Source: Oscillospiraceae bacterium
GTDB lineage: Bacteria; Bacteroidota; Bacteroidia; Bacteroidales; WCHB1-69
Assembly: GCA_963620035.1 (NCBI GenBank)
Contig: CAVEXN010000004.1
Location: 13,979-77,978 of the forward strand
DNA length: 64,000 nucleotides
Reading direction: 5' to 3'
Of this stretch, positions 28,064-37,151 are shown piece by piece (positions within the stretch are counted from its first letter, which is position 1; each line of letters starts with the position of its first letter). The position numbers and the translations under genes were made by a program. The notes beneath the pieces were generated by a model. The model was given only the letters and a program-made list of their open reading frames with translations. It made no database searches and was not told where the DNA came from.

Positions 28064-30127
28064 ATGACATTCGCTAACCCGCTGTTTCTGATCGGTCTTG
28101 CCGCAGTTCTGGTGCCGATTGTGATACATCTGTTCAACTTCAGGCGTTACAAAACCGTTTATTTCTCTAATGTGAAGATGCTGGAAGACATCAAGCGGAA
28201 AACGCGCCGCGAGCAGACGGTGCAGCAGCTTGTAGTTTTGGCTTTGCGCATTTCAGGTATCGCTGCGCTGGTGATGGCATTTGCCCAGCCCGCCATCGCA
28301 CCCAAGGAACAGGCCGGCAGGAAAGGCAACCTCATCACCGTTTTTCTCGACAACTCCTACTCCATGGAGACAGGCTCCGAAAACAGTTCGCTGCTTTACG
28401 ACGCCGTGGACGCCGCAAAGTCTATCGTTTCCTCGTTCGGCTTCTCCGACGACTTTGTGCTTACGACCCAGGACTTTTCCGGCGAAGAGACCCATATCCT
28501 GAACCGCGACCAGATGCTGGAGATGCTCGACAGAGTCAAAGTTTCGCCTAAAAGCCACTCTTTCCGCGACATCATCACCTTTGAACAGAACACTTGCAGC
28601 CGCTCTGCAAAAGACAACTTCATCCACTATTACATTTCCGATTTCCAGAAAAACGCTTTCGACATGAACGTCTTGCAAGACAGCAATGCGCATGCATTTC
28701 TGGTGCCGATGCCGGTAAGTGACCGCAGCAACGTAGGCGTTGACAGCGTATGGTTCCTCTCGCCGCTGTTCCGTACGGGCAGTCAGGTCACGCTGGTGGC
28801 CCGCATACACAACTACGGGAGCAGCGACATCGAGATGCTGCCCGTCAAACTCTACGTTCAGGACAAGCAGAAAGCCATTGCCGCCGTCGATATCAAAGCC
28901 GGCAGCACGCTCGACTGCCAATTGACCTACACCATTGACGGGACCGGCATCCAATGCGGCCGCGTGACCATTGAAGATGCCCCCGTCACTTTCGACAACG
29001 AGTTGTTCTTCACTTACAACGTCTCTGAAAACACGCATGTCTCTACCATCGCTGGCAACGGCAGCAACCGTTTCCTGCAAGCCCTCTATGGTAAGGATTC
29101 CGTGTTCAACTATCTTGAAATGCCGCTTAAGCAGATTAACTATACTCAACTGAAAAACAGCCAAGTAGTAGTGATGGACGAAGTTCCTTCTTTATCTTCG
29201 GGGCTGAAGGAGGAGATTTCCGCCCTTGTCAAAGGTGGCGGCACGTTAGTGGTACTTCCTGCGAAAGAAATGGACAAGAGTTGGCTGCAACTTTTCTCAT
29301 CGCTCGGAACCGGAAACTACGGCACGATACAAAAGAAAGAACTCAAGTGCGGATCTGTCAATATGGAAAGCCAGTATTTCAAGAACGCACTCGAAAACAG
29401 GCACGACCATCTCGATATGCCTACTGTCCTGCAACATTATCCGATACAGGGCGGCAGACAGGGCAGCGAAACACTGATGTTGCTGGAAGACGGCACGCCA
29501 CTGCTGACTGCCTTCCAAGTCGAAAAAGGGAAAGTCATTCTCTCCGCCGTCGCTATGAATGACGATTACGGCAATGTACATCGCCATGCGCTCTTCTTCG
29601 TGCCCATGCACAATATCGGCATTATGAGTGTTATGCAGGACAAACTTTACAATGTCATCGGGAAAGACCGGATGCAGAAGGTGAAGATAGACGGCGGGGT
29701 CGGAGGAACTGTCCTGTCGCTGAAGGCACGCGGTTCCAAAGAAGAATTCATCCCCGAGCAGCGGGCTTCCGGCAACGAAACGGCACTCTTCTTTCACGAC
29801 CAGATTGGCGGCAGCGGCTTCTACGACCTCATACGCGACGGCGCAGTATGCGGAACGCTCGCATTCAACTTTGACCGGCAGGAGTCAGACCTCGACTTCT
29901 ACGACGACAAAGCGCTCCGCAAAATGGCAAAGTCATCCGGCATGAAAGTTGAAGTTGTCCCCTCCGGCACGAAGAACATAGCGAAGAATGTCACCGACAC
30001 GCTGCATGGCAAGCAACTGTGGCTCTATTTCGTCATCTTTTCCTTGCTCTGCTTCCTGTCTGAAACAGCACTGCTGCGTTTCTGGGGCAGACCCAAAATC
30101 AACAACAACGAAAACCTTAAATCCTAA
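28064..30127 (+). CDS. BatA N-terminal-domain (aerotolerance-related) membrane protein
   Basis: 687 aa. The N-terminus 'MTFANPLFLIGLAAVLVPIVIHLFNFRRYKTVYFSN' is the characteristic BatA-N motif. A C-terminal TM helix is present. Confidence 0.72.
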   Translation: MTFANPLFLIGLAAVLVPIVIHLFNFRRYKTVYFSNVKMLEDIKRKTRREQTVQQLVVLALRISGIAALVMAFAQPAIAPKEQAGRKGNLITVFLDNSYSMETGSENSSLLYDAVDAAKSIVSSFGFSDDFVLTTQDFSGEETHILNRDQMLEMLDRVKVSPKSHSFRDIITFEQNTCSRSAKDNFIHYYISDFQKNAFDMNVLQDSNAHAFLVPMPVSDRSNVGVDSVWFLSPLFRTGSQVTLVARIHNYGSSDIEMLPVKLYVQDKQKAIAAVDIKAGSTLDCQLTYTIDGTGIQCGRVTIEDAPVTFDNELFFTYNVSENTHVSTIAGNGSNRFLQALYGKDSVFNYLEMPLKQINYTQLKNSQVVVMDEVPSLSSGLKEEISALVKGGGTLVVLPAKEMDKSWLQLFSSLGTGNYGTIQKKELKCGSVNMESQYFKNALENRHDHLDMPTVLQHYPIQGGRQGSETLMLLEDGTPLLTAFQVEKGKVILSAVAMNDDYGNVHRHALFFVPMHNIGIMSVMQDKLYNVIGKDRMQKVKIDGGVGGTVLSLKARGSKEEFIPEQRASGNETALFFHDQIGGSGFYDLIRDGAVCGTLAFNFDRQESDLDFYDDKALRKMAKSSGMKVEVVPSGTKNIAKNVTDTLHGKQLWLYFVIFSLLCFLSETALLRFWGRPKINNNENLKS

Positions 30128-30131
30128 AAAA

Positions 30132-31592
30132 ATGAATACAGAACTTTTAAAATTGTATCCGCACGACTTGTGGGAGAATTTCGGACACCTCTGCGATGCT
30201 CCGCATCCGTCAAAACATGAAGAACCTGCCATCAGATGGATGAAGCAATGGGCAGCCGACCATAAAGTGCAGGTAGAGCAGGACGAGACCGGAAACCTGC
30301 TGTTCACGATTCCTGCCACCCCGGGCATGGAGGACAGGATGCCCGTCATCTTGCAAGCCCATACCGACATGGTGCCGCAAGCCGACAGCGACAAGAAACA
30401 CGACTTCCTGAAAGACCCGATCGAGCCCATCATCGACAACGGCTGGGTTCGTGCCAACAGAACCACATTGGGGGCGGACGACGGCATCGGCGTTTGTGCA
30501 GCCCTGGCCTGCGTCACCACCGAAGGCGTCGAACACGGTCCACTTGAAATTCTGGTGACAATTGACGAAGAGACGGGCATGACAGGCGCATTCGGTCTGA
30601 AAAAAGGTTTTGTGAAAGGCAAAATCCTCATCAATCTCGATTCTGAAACCGAAGGTGAAATCTTTGTCGGCTGCGCCGGCGGTCTGGATGCCAACTTTGA
30701 CAGAACCTACAACACGATGCCTACGCCGGCAGAGATGAAAGGCTATCAGATGATCGTTTCGGGGCTTCACGGCGGTCACTCCGGCATGGACATCCACCTT
30801 GGCCGCGGAAATGCCAACAAGATTGCCGTCCGTTTCATCACGCGTGCCATCAAGCAGTTTGGCGCATGCCTCGCCACGGCCTCGGGCGGAAGCCTCCGCA
30901 ACGCCATCCCGCGCGAAGCCTCTGCCGTGCTGGCGGTACCTGCCGCAAAAGCTGCCGAATTCGAATCCTTTGCCCACACCTTTGAGCAGACCGTCAAGAA
31001 CGAATTTGCCGCCACGGAGAAAGAAATGTCGGTAAAAATCACCGCTGTTGACACCCCGGACGTGGTTGTCGAAACCAAAGCGCAGAACCAGTTCCTGAAT
31101 ATGCTCTTCGCCATCCCTAACGGCGTGCTCCGTATGAGCGACTCTATGGAAAACCTGGTTGAAACCTCGAACAATCTGGCTGCTTTCAAGGCCGAGAATG
31201 GCAAGATGAGTGCCATCTGCCTGCTCCGCAGCTCCGTCAACAGTGCCAAGGATGCGCTCGGCGACAGGATGACCGCCATTGCAGAACTTGCCGACTGCAA
31301 CATCGAACTGTCCGGCGCCTATCCCGGCTGGAACCCCAATATGGAGTCTCCCATCCTGAACATCTGCAAAAAAGTGTATGTCGAGAAATTCAACCGGCAG
31401 CCCAAGATTATGGCCATCCATGCCGGCCTTGAGTGCGGACTGTTCGGCGCGTGCTACCCCGACTGGGATATGGTGTCGTTCGGCCCCACCATCCAGCATC
31501 CCCACTCTCCCGTAGAGCGTGTCAACATTGACAGCGTAGGCAAATTCTTCGACTTCATCGTTGCCGTACTCAAGAATATTCCCGTGAAATAG
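30132..31592 (+). CDS. pepD: aminoacyl-histidine dipeptidase (M20C, PepD)
   Basis: 486 aa from MNTELLKLYP. 'LQAHTDMV', 'GADDGIG' and 'IDEETGMTGA' metal-ligand motifs. Confidence 0.92.
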   Translation: MNTELLKLYPHDLWENFGHLCDAPHPSKHEEPAIRWMKQWAADHKVQVEQDETGNLLFTIPATPGMEDRMPVILQAHTDMVPQADSDKKHDFLKDPIEPIIDNGWVRANRTTLGADDGIGVCAALACVTTEGVEHGPLEILVTIDEETGMTGAFGLKKGFVKGKILINLDSETEGEIFVGCAGGLDANFDRTYNTMPTPAEMKGYQMIVSGLHGGHSGMDIHLGRGNANKIAVRFITRAIKQFGACLATASGGSLRNAIPREASAVLAVPAAKAAEFESFAHTFEQTVKNEFAATEKEMSVKITAVDTPDVVVETKAQNQFLNMLFAIPNGVLRMSDSMENLVETSNNLAAFKAENGKMSAICLLRSSVNSAKDALGDRMTAIAELADCNIELSGAYPGWNPNMESPILNICKKVYVEKFNRQPKIMAIHAGLECGLFGACYPDWDMVSFGPTIQHPHSPVERVNIDSVGKFFDFIVAVLKNIPVK

Positions 31593-31650
31593 TCCTCAGG
31601 ACAGGAAACACAAAAGCCATACCGGTGCGGCAATCCGCACCGAAAGAGAT

Positions 31651-31681
31651 GGGCGGAGTTTTGGAACTCCGCCCTTTTTTT
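31651..31681 (+). terminator. intrinsic terminator after pepD
   Basis: Perfect 10-bp stem gggcggagtt / aactccgccc with a 4-nt loop and a T7 run. An additional 8-bp hairpin (cggtgcgg/ccgcaccg) lies at 31623-31642. Confidence 0.8.
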
Positions 31682-31683
31682 GC

Positions 31684-31691
31684 TATTTTTG
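31684..31691 (+). promoter_or_regulatory. candidate -7 promoter box (TAnnTTTG)
   Basis: tatttttg, 19 nt upstream of mnmE. Confidence 0.45.
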
Positions 31692-31709
31692 CCGCCAAAT
31701 CACTGAAGC

Positions 31710-33077
31710 ATGAACGATACGATATGTGCCATCTCGACACCGGCCGGTCTTGGGGCTATTGCCGTAGTCAGAGCCTCCGGGGCGCAGGCTTTCAACATAG
31801 CCGCAACGCTTTTCAACACCCCCGACACTTTCCTGACACTGACCCCGAACAGGAGCCAGTATGCGGAAATCTATGACGGAGACAAACTGTTAGACCAGGT
31901 GGTGGCGGTAAAATATGCCGCACCGCACACCTATACCGGCGAAGACCTTGTGGAAATATCGTGCCATGGTTCGCATTACATTCAGCGACGTCTCCTTGAG
32001 ATGCTCATTGAGAACGGCTGCCGTATGGCACTGCCGGGCGAGTTCACGCAACGCGCCTTTGTGAACGGCAAACTCGACCTGCCGCAGGCCGAGGCTGTCG
32101 CCGACCTGATAGCTTCGCAGTCGGAAACGGCGCACCGGCTGGCCGTCAACCAACTGAAAGGCGGCATCTCCAAGAAACTGCACCGCCTGCGTAACGAACT
32201 CGTCGAACTCTCTTCTCTGCTGGAACTTGAACTGGACTTCAGCGAAGAGGATGTGGAATTTGCCGACCGTGGAAAGCTGGATGCCATACTCGTATCTCTG
32301 AAAGAGGAAACGCAACATCTGATCCGCTCGTTCAAGTTGGGCAATGCCATCAAGAACGGCATACCCGTGGCCATAGCCGGAAAGCCCAACGTGGGCAAGT
32401 CAACGCTGCTGAACGCACTGCTGCAGCACGAGCGCGCCATCGTCTCAGAAATTCCCGGCACAACCCGCGACACCGTGGAGGACACCTTCACCCTGAACGG
32501 AACGCTTTTCCGCTTCATCGACACCGCCGGCATACGCCAATCTGACGACCGCTTGGAAAACATCGGCATAGAGCGCACCTACCGGGCCGTTGACAATGCC
32601 GCCGTTGTCCTGTATATGACCGACGCCGCCTGCGACACCGCTGAAACGGTGCGTCGCGAAGTGGAAGAACTGAAAAGCCACGTCAACTTGGAAGGCAAAC
32701 TGCTTCTGCTCGTGGCCAACAAAATCGACCTGACGACAGACTCTCCGGTTGACTATAGCGACACCGGCGACACCGTGTATATTTCAGCCAAGCAGCAAAC
32801 CCATATCCGCGATCTGGAGCAAAAGTTGACATTATTTGTGGAAAAATTTCAGTTGCAAGACATTACGCTTATCACAAATGAACGCCACTATGCCTTGCTG
32901 ACAGACATTCATGACGCTGTGAAGCGGATGCAGGAGAATATTCTGGCGGGCATCAGCGCAGACCTGCTGGCCGAAGATGTGCGTACCGCCCTGTTTGCAC
33001 TCGGCAACCTTACCGGCGTCATCTCGTCCGACGACATCCTCGACAACATCTTCGGCAAATTCTGCATCGGAAAGTGA
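31710..33077 (+). CDS. mnmE: tRNA uridine-5-carboxymethylaminomethyl modification GTPase
   Basis: 455 aa. 'DTICAISTP' N-terminus, G1 'GKPNVGKSTLLN', and the C-terminal 'FCIGK' tetrapeptide. Confidence 0.96.
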   Translation: MNDTICAISTPAGLGAIAVVRASGAQAFNIAATLFNTPDTFLTLTPNRSQYAEIYDGDKLLDQVVAVKYAAPHTYTGEDLVEISCHGSHYIQRRLLEMLIENGCRMALPGEFTQRAFVNGKLDLPQAEAVADLIASQSETAHRLAVNQLKGGISKKLHRLRNELVELSSLLELELDFSEEDVEFADRGKLDAILVSLKEETQHLIRSFKLGNAIKNGIPVAIAGKPNVGKSTLLNALLQHERAIVSEIPGTTRDTVEDTFTLNGTLFRFIDTAGIRQSDDRLENIGIERTYRAVDNAAVVLYMTDAACDTAETVRREVEELKSHVNLEGKLLLLVANKIDLTTDSPVDYSDTGDTVYISAKQQTHIRDLEQKLTLFVEKFQLQDITLITNERHYALLTDIHDAVKRMQENILAGISADLLAEDVRTALFALGNLTGVISSDDILDNIFGKFCIGK

Positions 33078-33103
33078 TATGGTTACATGTTTTATCTGGA
33101 TTT

Positions 33104-33397
33104 ATGGGAAGAATAGAACGGGATAAGAAGACGATACGGCACATGATAGAATTGTGGTGCCGCCACAAACACGGCAGCGGAAACTTGTGCGGGGAGTGCC
33201 GTGAACTGCTTGAATACTCCCTCACGAGGCTGGACAGATGCAAGTTTGGCGAGGACAAGACCAAGTGCCACAAGTGCCCGGTGCATTGTTATCGGAATGA
33301 TATGCGGGAGAAAATCCGCAAGGTGATGCGCTACATTGGTCCGCGGATGTTTTTTCACCACCCTATGGAGACGATTCGTTTCATTTTCGAAAAATAA
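33104..33397 (+). CDS. nitrous-oxide-stimulated promoter (YgbA/NosP-like) family Cys-rich protein
   Basis: About 97 aa from MGRIERDKK. Cys pattern 'CGECRELLEY...CKFGEDKTKCHKCPVHCY'. Confidence 0.7.
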   Translation: MGRIERDKKTIRHMIELWCRHKHGSGNLCGECRELLEYSLTRLDRCKFGEDKTKCHKCPVHCYRNDMREKIRKVMRYIGPRMFFHHPMETIRFIFEK

Positions 33398-33504
33398 CTT
33401 ATAGACACCGATACTCTGTAACATTGAAATTGATTATCGGGTAGAGATGCTCAAGTTTGATGTGGGCAACATTTGTCCTGAACAGCCGACTGCACGATTC
33501 AAGC

Positions 33505-33528
33505 AGCGGCAAAACATCCGCTTTTTTT
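33505..33528 (+). terminator. weak intrinsic terminator
   Basis: 5-bp stem agcgg/ccgct followed by a T7 run. Short stem, hence low confidence. Confidence 0.35.
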
Positions 33529-33529
33529 G

Positions 33530-33537
33530 TACTTTTG
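33530..33537 (+). promoter_or_regulatory. candidate -7 promoter box (TAnnTTTG)
   Basis: tacttttg, 21 nt upstream of ansA. Confidence 0.45.
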
Positions 33538-33557
33538 CCGCCTAAACAAATAGTTGT

Positions 33558-34592
33558 ATGAACAGGCGTAAAATCTTGGTAATCTATACGGGCGGAACCA
33601 TCGGAATGATGATGGATACGGAAAGCAAAGCGCTTCAGCCGGTAGAATTTGAGAACATCTATCAGCAACTGCCCATGCTCCGGCTTGTTGAAGCAGACCT
33701 TACTTTCAAGGATATGCTGCCCCTTATCGACTCTTCGGACACAGACTCATCATTCTGGATACGGCTGGCAAAGATAATCCAGGGTTCATACAGCCTTTTC
33801 GACGGCTTTGTCATCCTGCACGGCACCGACACGATGGCCTATACGGCTTCAGCCTTAAGTTTCCTGCTCGAGAATCTGGACAAGCCGGTCATCCTGACCG
33901 GCTCGCAGCTTCCCTTGGGGGTGATCCGCACTGACGGCCGCCGGAACATCATCAATGCCATCGACATAGCCGCATGCTACCGCAACGACAAGCCGGTCAT
34001 CCAGGAGGTGTGCATATATTTCCAGAACAGCCTTTACCGCGGTAACCGTACATTCAAGGACAATGCCTCGAAATTCAATGCTTTCACCTCGCCGAACTAT
34101 CCGAAGCTTGCCGATGTGAACACAAACGTGGATTTCCATTTCTCTAATATCCGCCATACGGAAAGAACCGGGGAACTGACCGTACACGACAAAATGGACA
34201 ACAACATCGCTTTGGTGAAACTCTATCCCGGCATCCGGAAAGATTATCTGACAGTACTGTTCCGGACGTCGGGGCTGCGCGCCGTGGTTCTGGAAACCTA
34301 CGGTGTAGGCAACGCCCCGACTGACGCCGGTTTCATCGACATTCTGCAAGAGGCCGTAGGGCGCGGCATCTACATCGTGAACATAACACAATGCAAAGGC
34401 GGCGGCGGCGTCGAGATGGGGCGATATCTTACCGGGAAACACCTCGCAGACATCGGCGTAATCAGCGGTCATGACATGACAACGGAGGCCGCCGTCACCA
34501 AACTGATGTACCTGCTGGGGCACGACCTGAACCGTGGGGAGATGAAAAGACTCATCGAACAGCCGCTCCGCGGAGAACTGACCTGCGAATAG
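33558..34592 (+). CDS. ansA: type I L-asparaginase
   Basis: 344 aa. 'ILVIYTGGTIGM' and 'LHGTDTMAYTA' active-site motifs. Confidence 0.9.
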   Translation: MNRRKILVIYTGGTIGMMMDTESKALQPVEFENIYQQLPMLRLVEADLTFKDMLPLIDSSDTDSSFWIRLAKIIQGSYSLFDGFVILHGTDTMAYTASALSFLLENLDKPVILTGSQLPLGVIRTDGRRNIINAIDIAACYRNDKPVIQEVCIYFQNSLYRGNRTFKDNASKFNAFTSPNYPKLADVNTNVDFHFSNIRHTERTGELTVHDKMDNNIALVKLYPGIRKDYLTVLFRTSGLRAVVLETYGVGNAPTDAGFIDILQEAVGRGIYIVNITQCKGGGGVEMGRYLTGKHLADIGVISGHDMTTEAAVTKLMYLLGHDLNRGEMKRLIEQPLRGELTCE

Positions 34593-34607
34593 CCGCCCCC
34601 TGCCCTC

Positions 34608-36149
34608 TCATTTCCCCCAATTGTCCCGGTCGAGGCTTCTGAAATTTATGGCTTCGCTCAAATGACCTGTCTCAATGTTGCCGCTGCCATCAAGGTCGGC
34701 GATAGTTCTTGCAACCTTGAGGATGCGGTCGTATGCACGGGCAGAGAGCCCCAGCCGGTCCATTGCCTGTTTGAGGATCAATTGCCCGTCATCGCCAATG
34801 ACGCAATACTGCCGCACCATCTTGCTGCTCATCTGGGCATTGCAAAAGACATTGGCATGTTTTTCAAAACGAGTTTTCTGCATTTGCCGGGCGGCAACCA
34901 CACGGCGGCGTATGCAGGCACTGCTCTCTACAGGCTTGTCGGCCGCCAACTCCTCGTGGCTGACAGGAGTCACCTCAACATGCAGGTCAATGCGGTCCAT
35001 CAAGGGTCCCGACACACGCCCGAGATAACCCTGTATTTCACCGGGGCGGCAAGTGCAGGCTATGGTCGGATGGTTGTAGTTTCCGCACGGGCATGGGTTC
35101 ATGGCCGCAATGAACATGAAAGATGCCGGGAAATCGACAGAATACTGAGATCGTGAGATTGTCACGAAGCGGTCTTCTAAAGGCTGTCGGAGCACCTCAA
35201 GCACATTACGCTTGAACTCGGGCAGTTCGTCGGCGAAGAGCACGCCGTTGTGCGCCAGCGAAATCTCGCCGGGTTGAGGGTGTGTGCCGCCGCCCACCAA
35301 CGCGACATCGCTGATGGTATGGTGCGGTGAACGGAACGGGCGTACGGCCATCAACGAGGAGAAACGCCCCATCTTTCCCGCAACGGAATGGATCTTGGTC
35401 GTCTCAAGCGCCTCTTCTAAGGTCAAGGGCGGCAAGATGGAAGGGATTCGCTTGGCCAGCATCGTCTTACCGGATCCCGGCGGCCCGATCAGAATCGCAT
35501 TGTGTCCACCGGCCGCCGCTATCTCCAACGCCCGCTTTATGTTCTCCTGACCTTTCACCTCCGAGAAATCGTACTCGTAGTTGTTGAGACTGCGCTGAAA
35601 CTCGGCCTCTATGTTCACCCGCACGGGATCTATCGGCGTTCCTTTGTTGAAATAGTCGATGACCTGCCCGATGTTTTCCACCCCCAGGACATCAATGCCC
35701 TGCACGATGGCAGCCTCTTTGGCATTCTGCACGGGCAGGATGACCGCTTTCTTGCCGTTCCTCTTGGCTTCCATAGCAATCGGAAGCGCACCTTTCACCG
35801 ACTGCAAGGTGCCGTCTAACGAAAGTTCGCCTAAAATGTAGTACTCTTGCAAAGAGTTTCCGCCACAGATCTGCTCCGAAGCCGCCAGAATAGCAGTCGC
35901 CAAGGTCAAGTCAAAGGCAGACCCCTCCTTGCGGATGTCCGCCGGCGCCATATTAACCACAATCTTGCGACCGGGTATCCGCAAGCCGTAGTGTTTCAAT
36001 GACGTGTCGATGCGCTGCTGGCTCTCTTTGACAGCACTGTCAGGCAAGCCTACCAGATGGAAACCGATGCCGTTGTCAACATTGACCTCTACGGCAATCT
36101 GCTTTGCCGCAACCCCCATCAAAGCACATGAATAAGTTTTTACCAACAT
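34608..36149 (-). CDS. yifB: YifB/ComM family Mg-chelatase-like AAA+ ATPase
   Basis: 513 aa. Lon-like N-domain, Walker A 'GPPGSGKTMLA', Walker B 'GVLFADELPEF', and the C-terminal ChlI-like helix bundle. Confidence 0.93.
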   Translation of the reverse strand: MLVKTYSCALMGVAAKQIAVEVNVDNGIGFHLVGLPDSAVKESQQRIDTSLKHYGLRIPGRKIVVNMAPADIRKEGSAFDLTLATAILAASEQICGGNSLQEYYILGELSLDGTLQSVKGALPIAMEAKRNGKKAVILPVQNAKEAAIVQGIDVLGVENIGQVIDYFNKGTPIDPVRVNIEAEFQRSLNNYEYDFSEVKGQENIKRALEIAAAGGHNAILIGPPGSGKTMLAKRIPSILPPLTLEEALETTKIHSVAGKMGRFSSLMAVRPFRSPHHTISDVALVGGGTHPQPGEISLAHNGVLFADELPEFKRNVLEVLRQPLEDRFVTISRSQYSVDFPASFMFIAAMNPCPCGNYNHPTIACTCRPGEIQGYLGRVSGPLMDRIDLHVEVTPVSHEELAADKPVESSACIRRRVVAARQMQKTRFEKHANVFCNAQMSSKMVRQYCVIGDDGQLILKQAMDRLGLSARAYDRILKVARTIADLDGSGNIETGHLSEAINFRSLDRDNWGK

Positions 36150-36174
36150 ATTTTTCCTGTTTTGTTTTCAAGCG

Positions 36175-36182
36175 CAAAAATA
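36175..36182 (-). promoter_or_regulatory. candidate -7 promoter box (TAnnTTTG)
   Basis: The minus strand reads tatttttg, 26 nt upstream of the yifB start. Confidence 0.45.
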
Positions 36183-36228
36183 GGAAAAATATAACAAACT
36201 AAAATATATTTTAGATAAATTTTTATTT

Positions 36229-37128
36229 TTATCCTATATGCTTCAATTTCTCCACAACGACGGGGCGGTCTTCCTGATAGGTGACGCCGAACCATTCGGC
36301 CTGACTGTGAAGCACTTTGATGCGTGCAAGACCATTGTTCATCAAATAGGATATCACGTCCGGAATCGGGAACTCCGCCGTGACGTTCTGCTGGTTCTCT
36401 TTGAGGAATTGGGAAAAAAGACCTTCAAGGCAGTTGAAAAAGGCAGGTGTGAACCCCCAGAAATTCATACTGACAGGCTCCTCTCCGCTGAATACACGGT
36501 GTCTTCCTTCTTCAAGGTTTTCGATTACATTTCCCATGCGTGCGATCTTACGGTTCTCTTCAATAGTCTTCAGGAACCCGTTCTCGTCAGTGGAACAGAC
36601 CCCTCTTGAAACGGTACCGTTGTCAGACAAAGTCTTGTCTAGGCGATAACCCACCATAGCATACACAGGATGTTCCGATGACTGTTCTTCATGCAAAAAA
36701 GCAGCCATGGCTCCGAAAGCCTCCTTGCCATAAAAGTCATCTGCATTTATGACGGTGAAAGGCTCGTGTACGGCATCCTTGGCCACAAGGATGGCATGTG
36801 CCGTGCCGTAAGGCTTCTTCCGTTCCTCATTCAAGGTGAAACCCTCGGGAAGCATATCCAACTCCTGGAAAACATAATCCACTGACATGCTGTCGGCATA
36901 GCGCGGAAGCACATAGCGTCTGAAATCCTCTTCCATAGAGCGGCGGATGACAAAGACTGTCTTCCCGTATCCGCTCTCGGCGGCATAGCGGACGGCGTAG
37001 TCCATTATCGTTTCGCCATTGGGACCCATGGGGTCCAACTGTTTCAATCCACCATAACGGCTCCCCATACCGGCAGCCAAGACAAGTAATGTTGGTTTTT
37101 TCATCGTATTATGATTTTTAGTTTCCAT
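36229..37128 (-). CDS. sugar-phosphate nucleotidyltransferase family protein
   Basis: 299 aa. NTP-transferase signature 'LVLAAGMGSRYGGLKQ'. An alternative start is the MKKPTLL Met at 37104. Specificity cannot be read from the sequence. Confidence 0.75.
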   Translation of the reverse strand: METKNHNTMKKPTLLVLAAGMGSRYGGLKQLDPMGPNGETIMDYAVRYAAESGYGKTVFVIRRSMEEDFRRYVLPRYADSMSVDYVFQELDMLPEGFTLNEERKKPYGTAHAILVAKDAVHEPFTVINADDFYGKEAFGAMAAFLHEEQSSEHPVYAMVGYRLDKTLSDNGTVSRGVCSTDENGFLKTIEENRKIARMGNVIENLEEGRHRVFSGEEPVSMNFWGFTPAFFNCLEGLFSQFLKENQQNVTAEFPIPDVISYLMNNGLARIKVLHSQAEWFGVTYQEDRPVVVEKLKHIG

Positions 37129-37151
37129 TATTCCATCTTTTGAAAAACCGT

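Noticed and set aside
30210-31505. 431-aa ORF antisense to pepD. Similar long antisense ORFs: 39675-40997 (440 aa), 42651-43643 (330 aa), 28253-29164 (303 aa), 17660-18505 (281 aa), 21403-22170 (255 aa), 60092-60829 (245 aa), 8369-9166 (265 aa), 22630-23304, 25235-25816, 33855-34523.
   Set aside because: Each lies opposite a gene with unambiguous family motifs. Their products are Gly/Arg/Ala/Val/His-rich with no recognisable motifs, and none is preceded by a promoter box. This is the shadow-ORF pattern expected opposite genes with strong codon bias in a moderately GC-rich genome.
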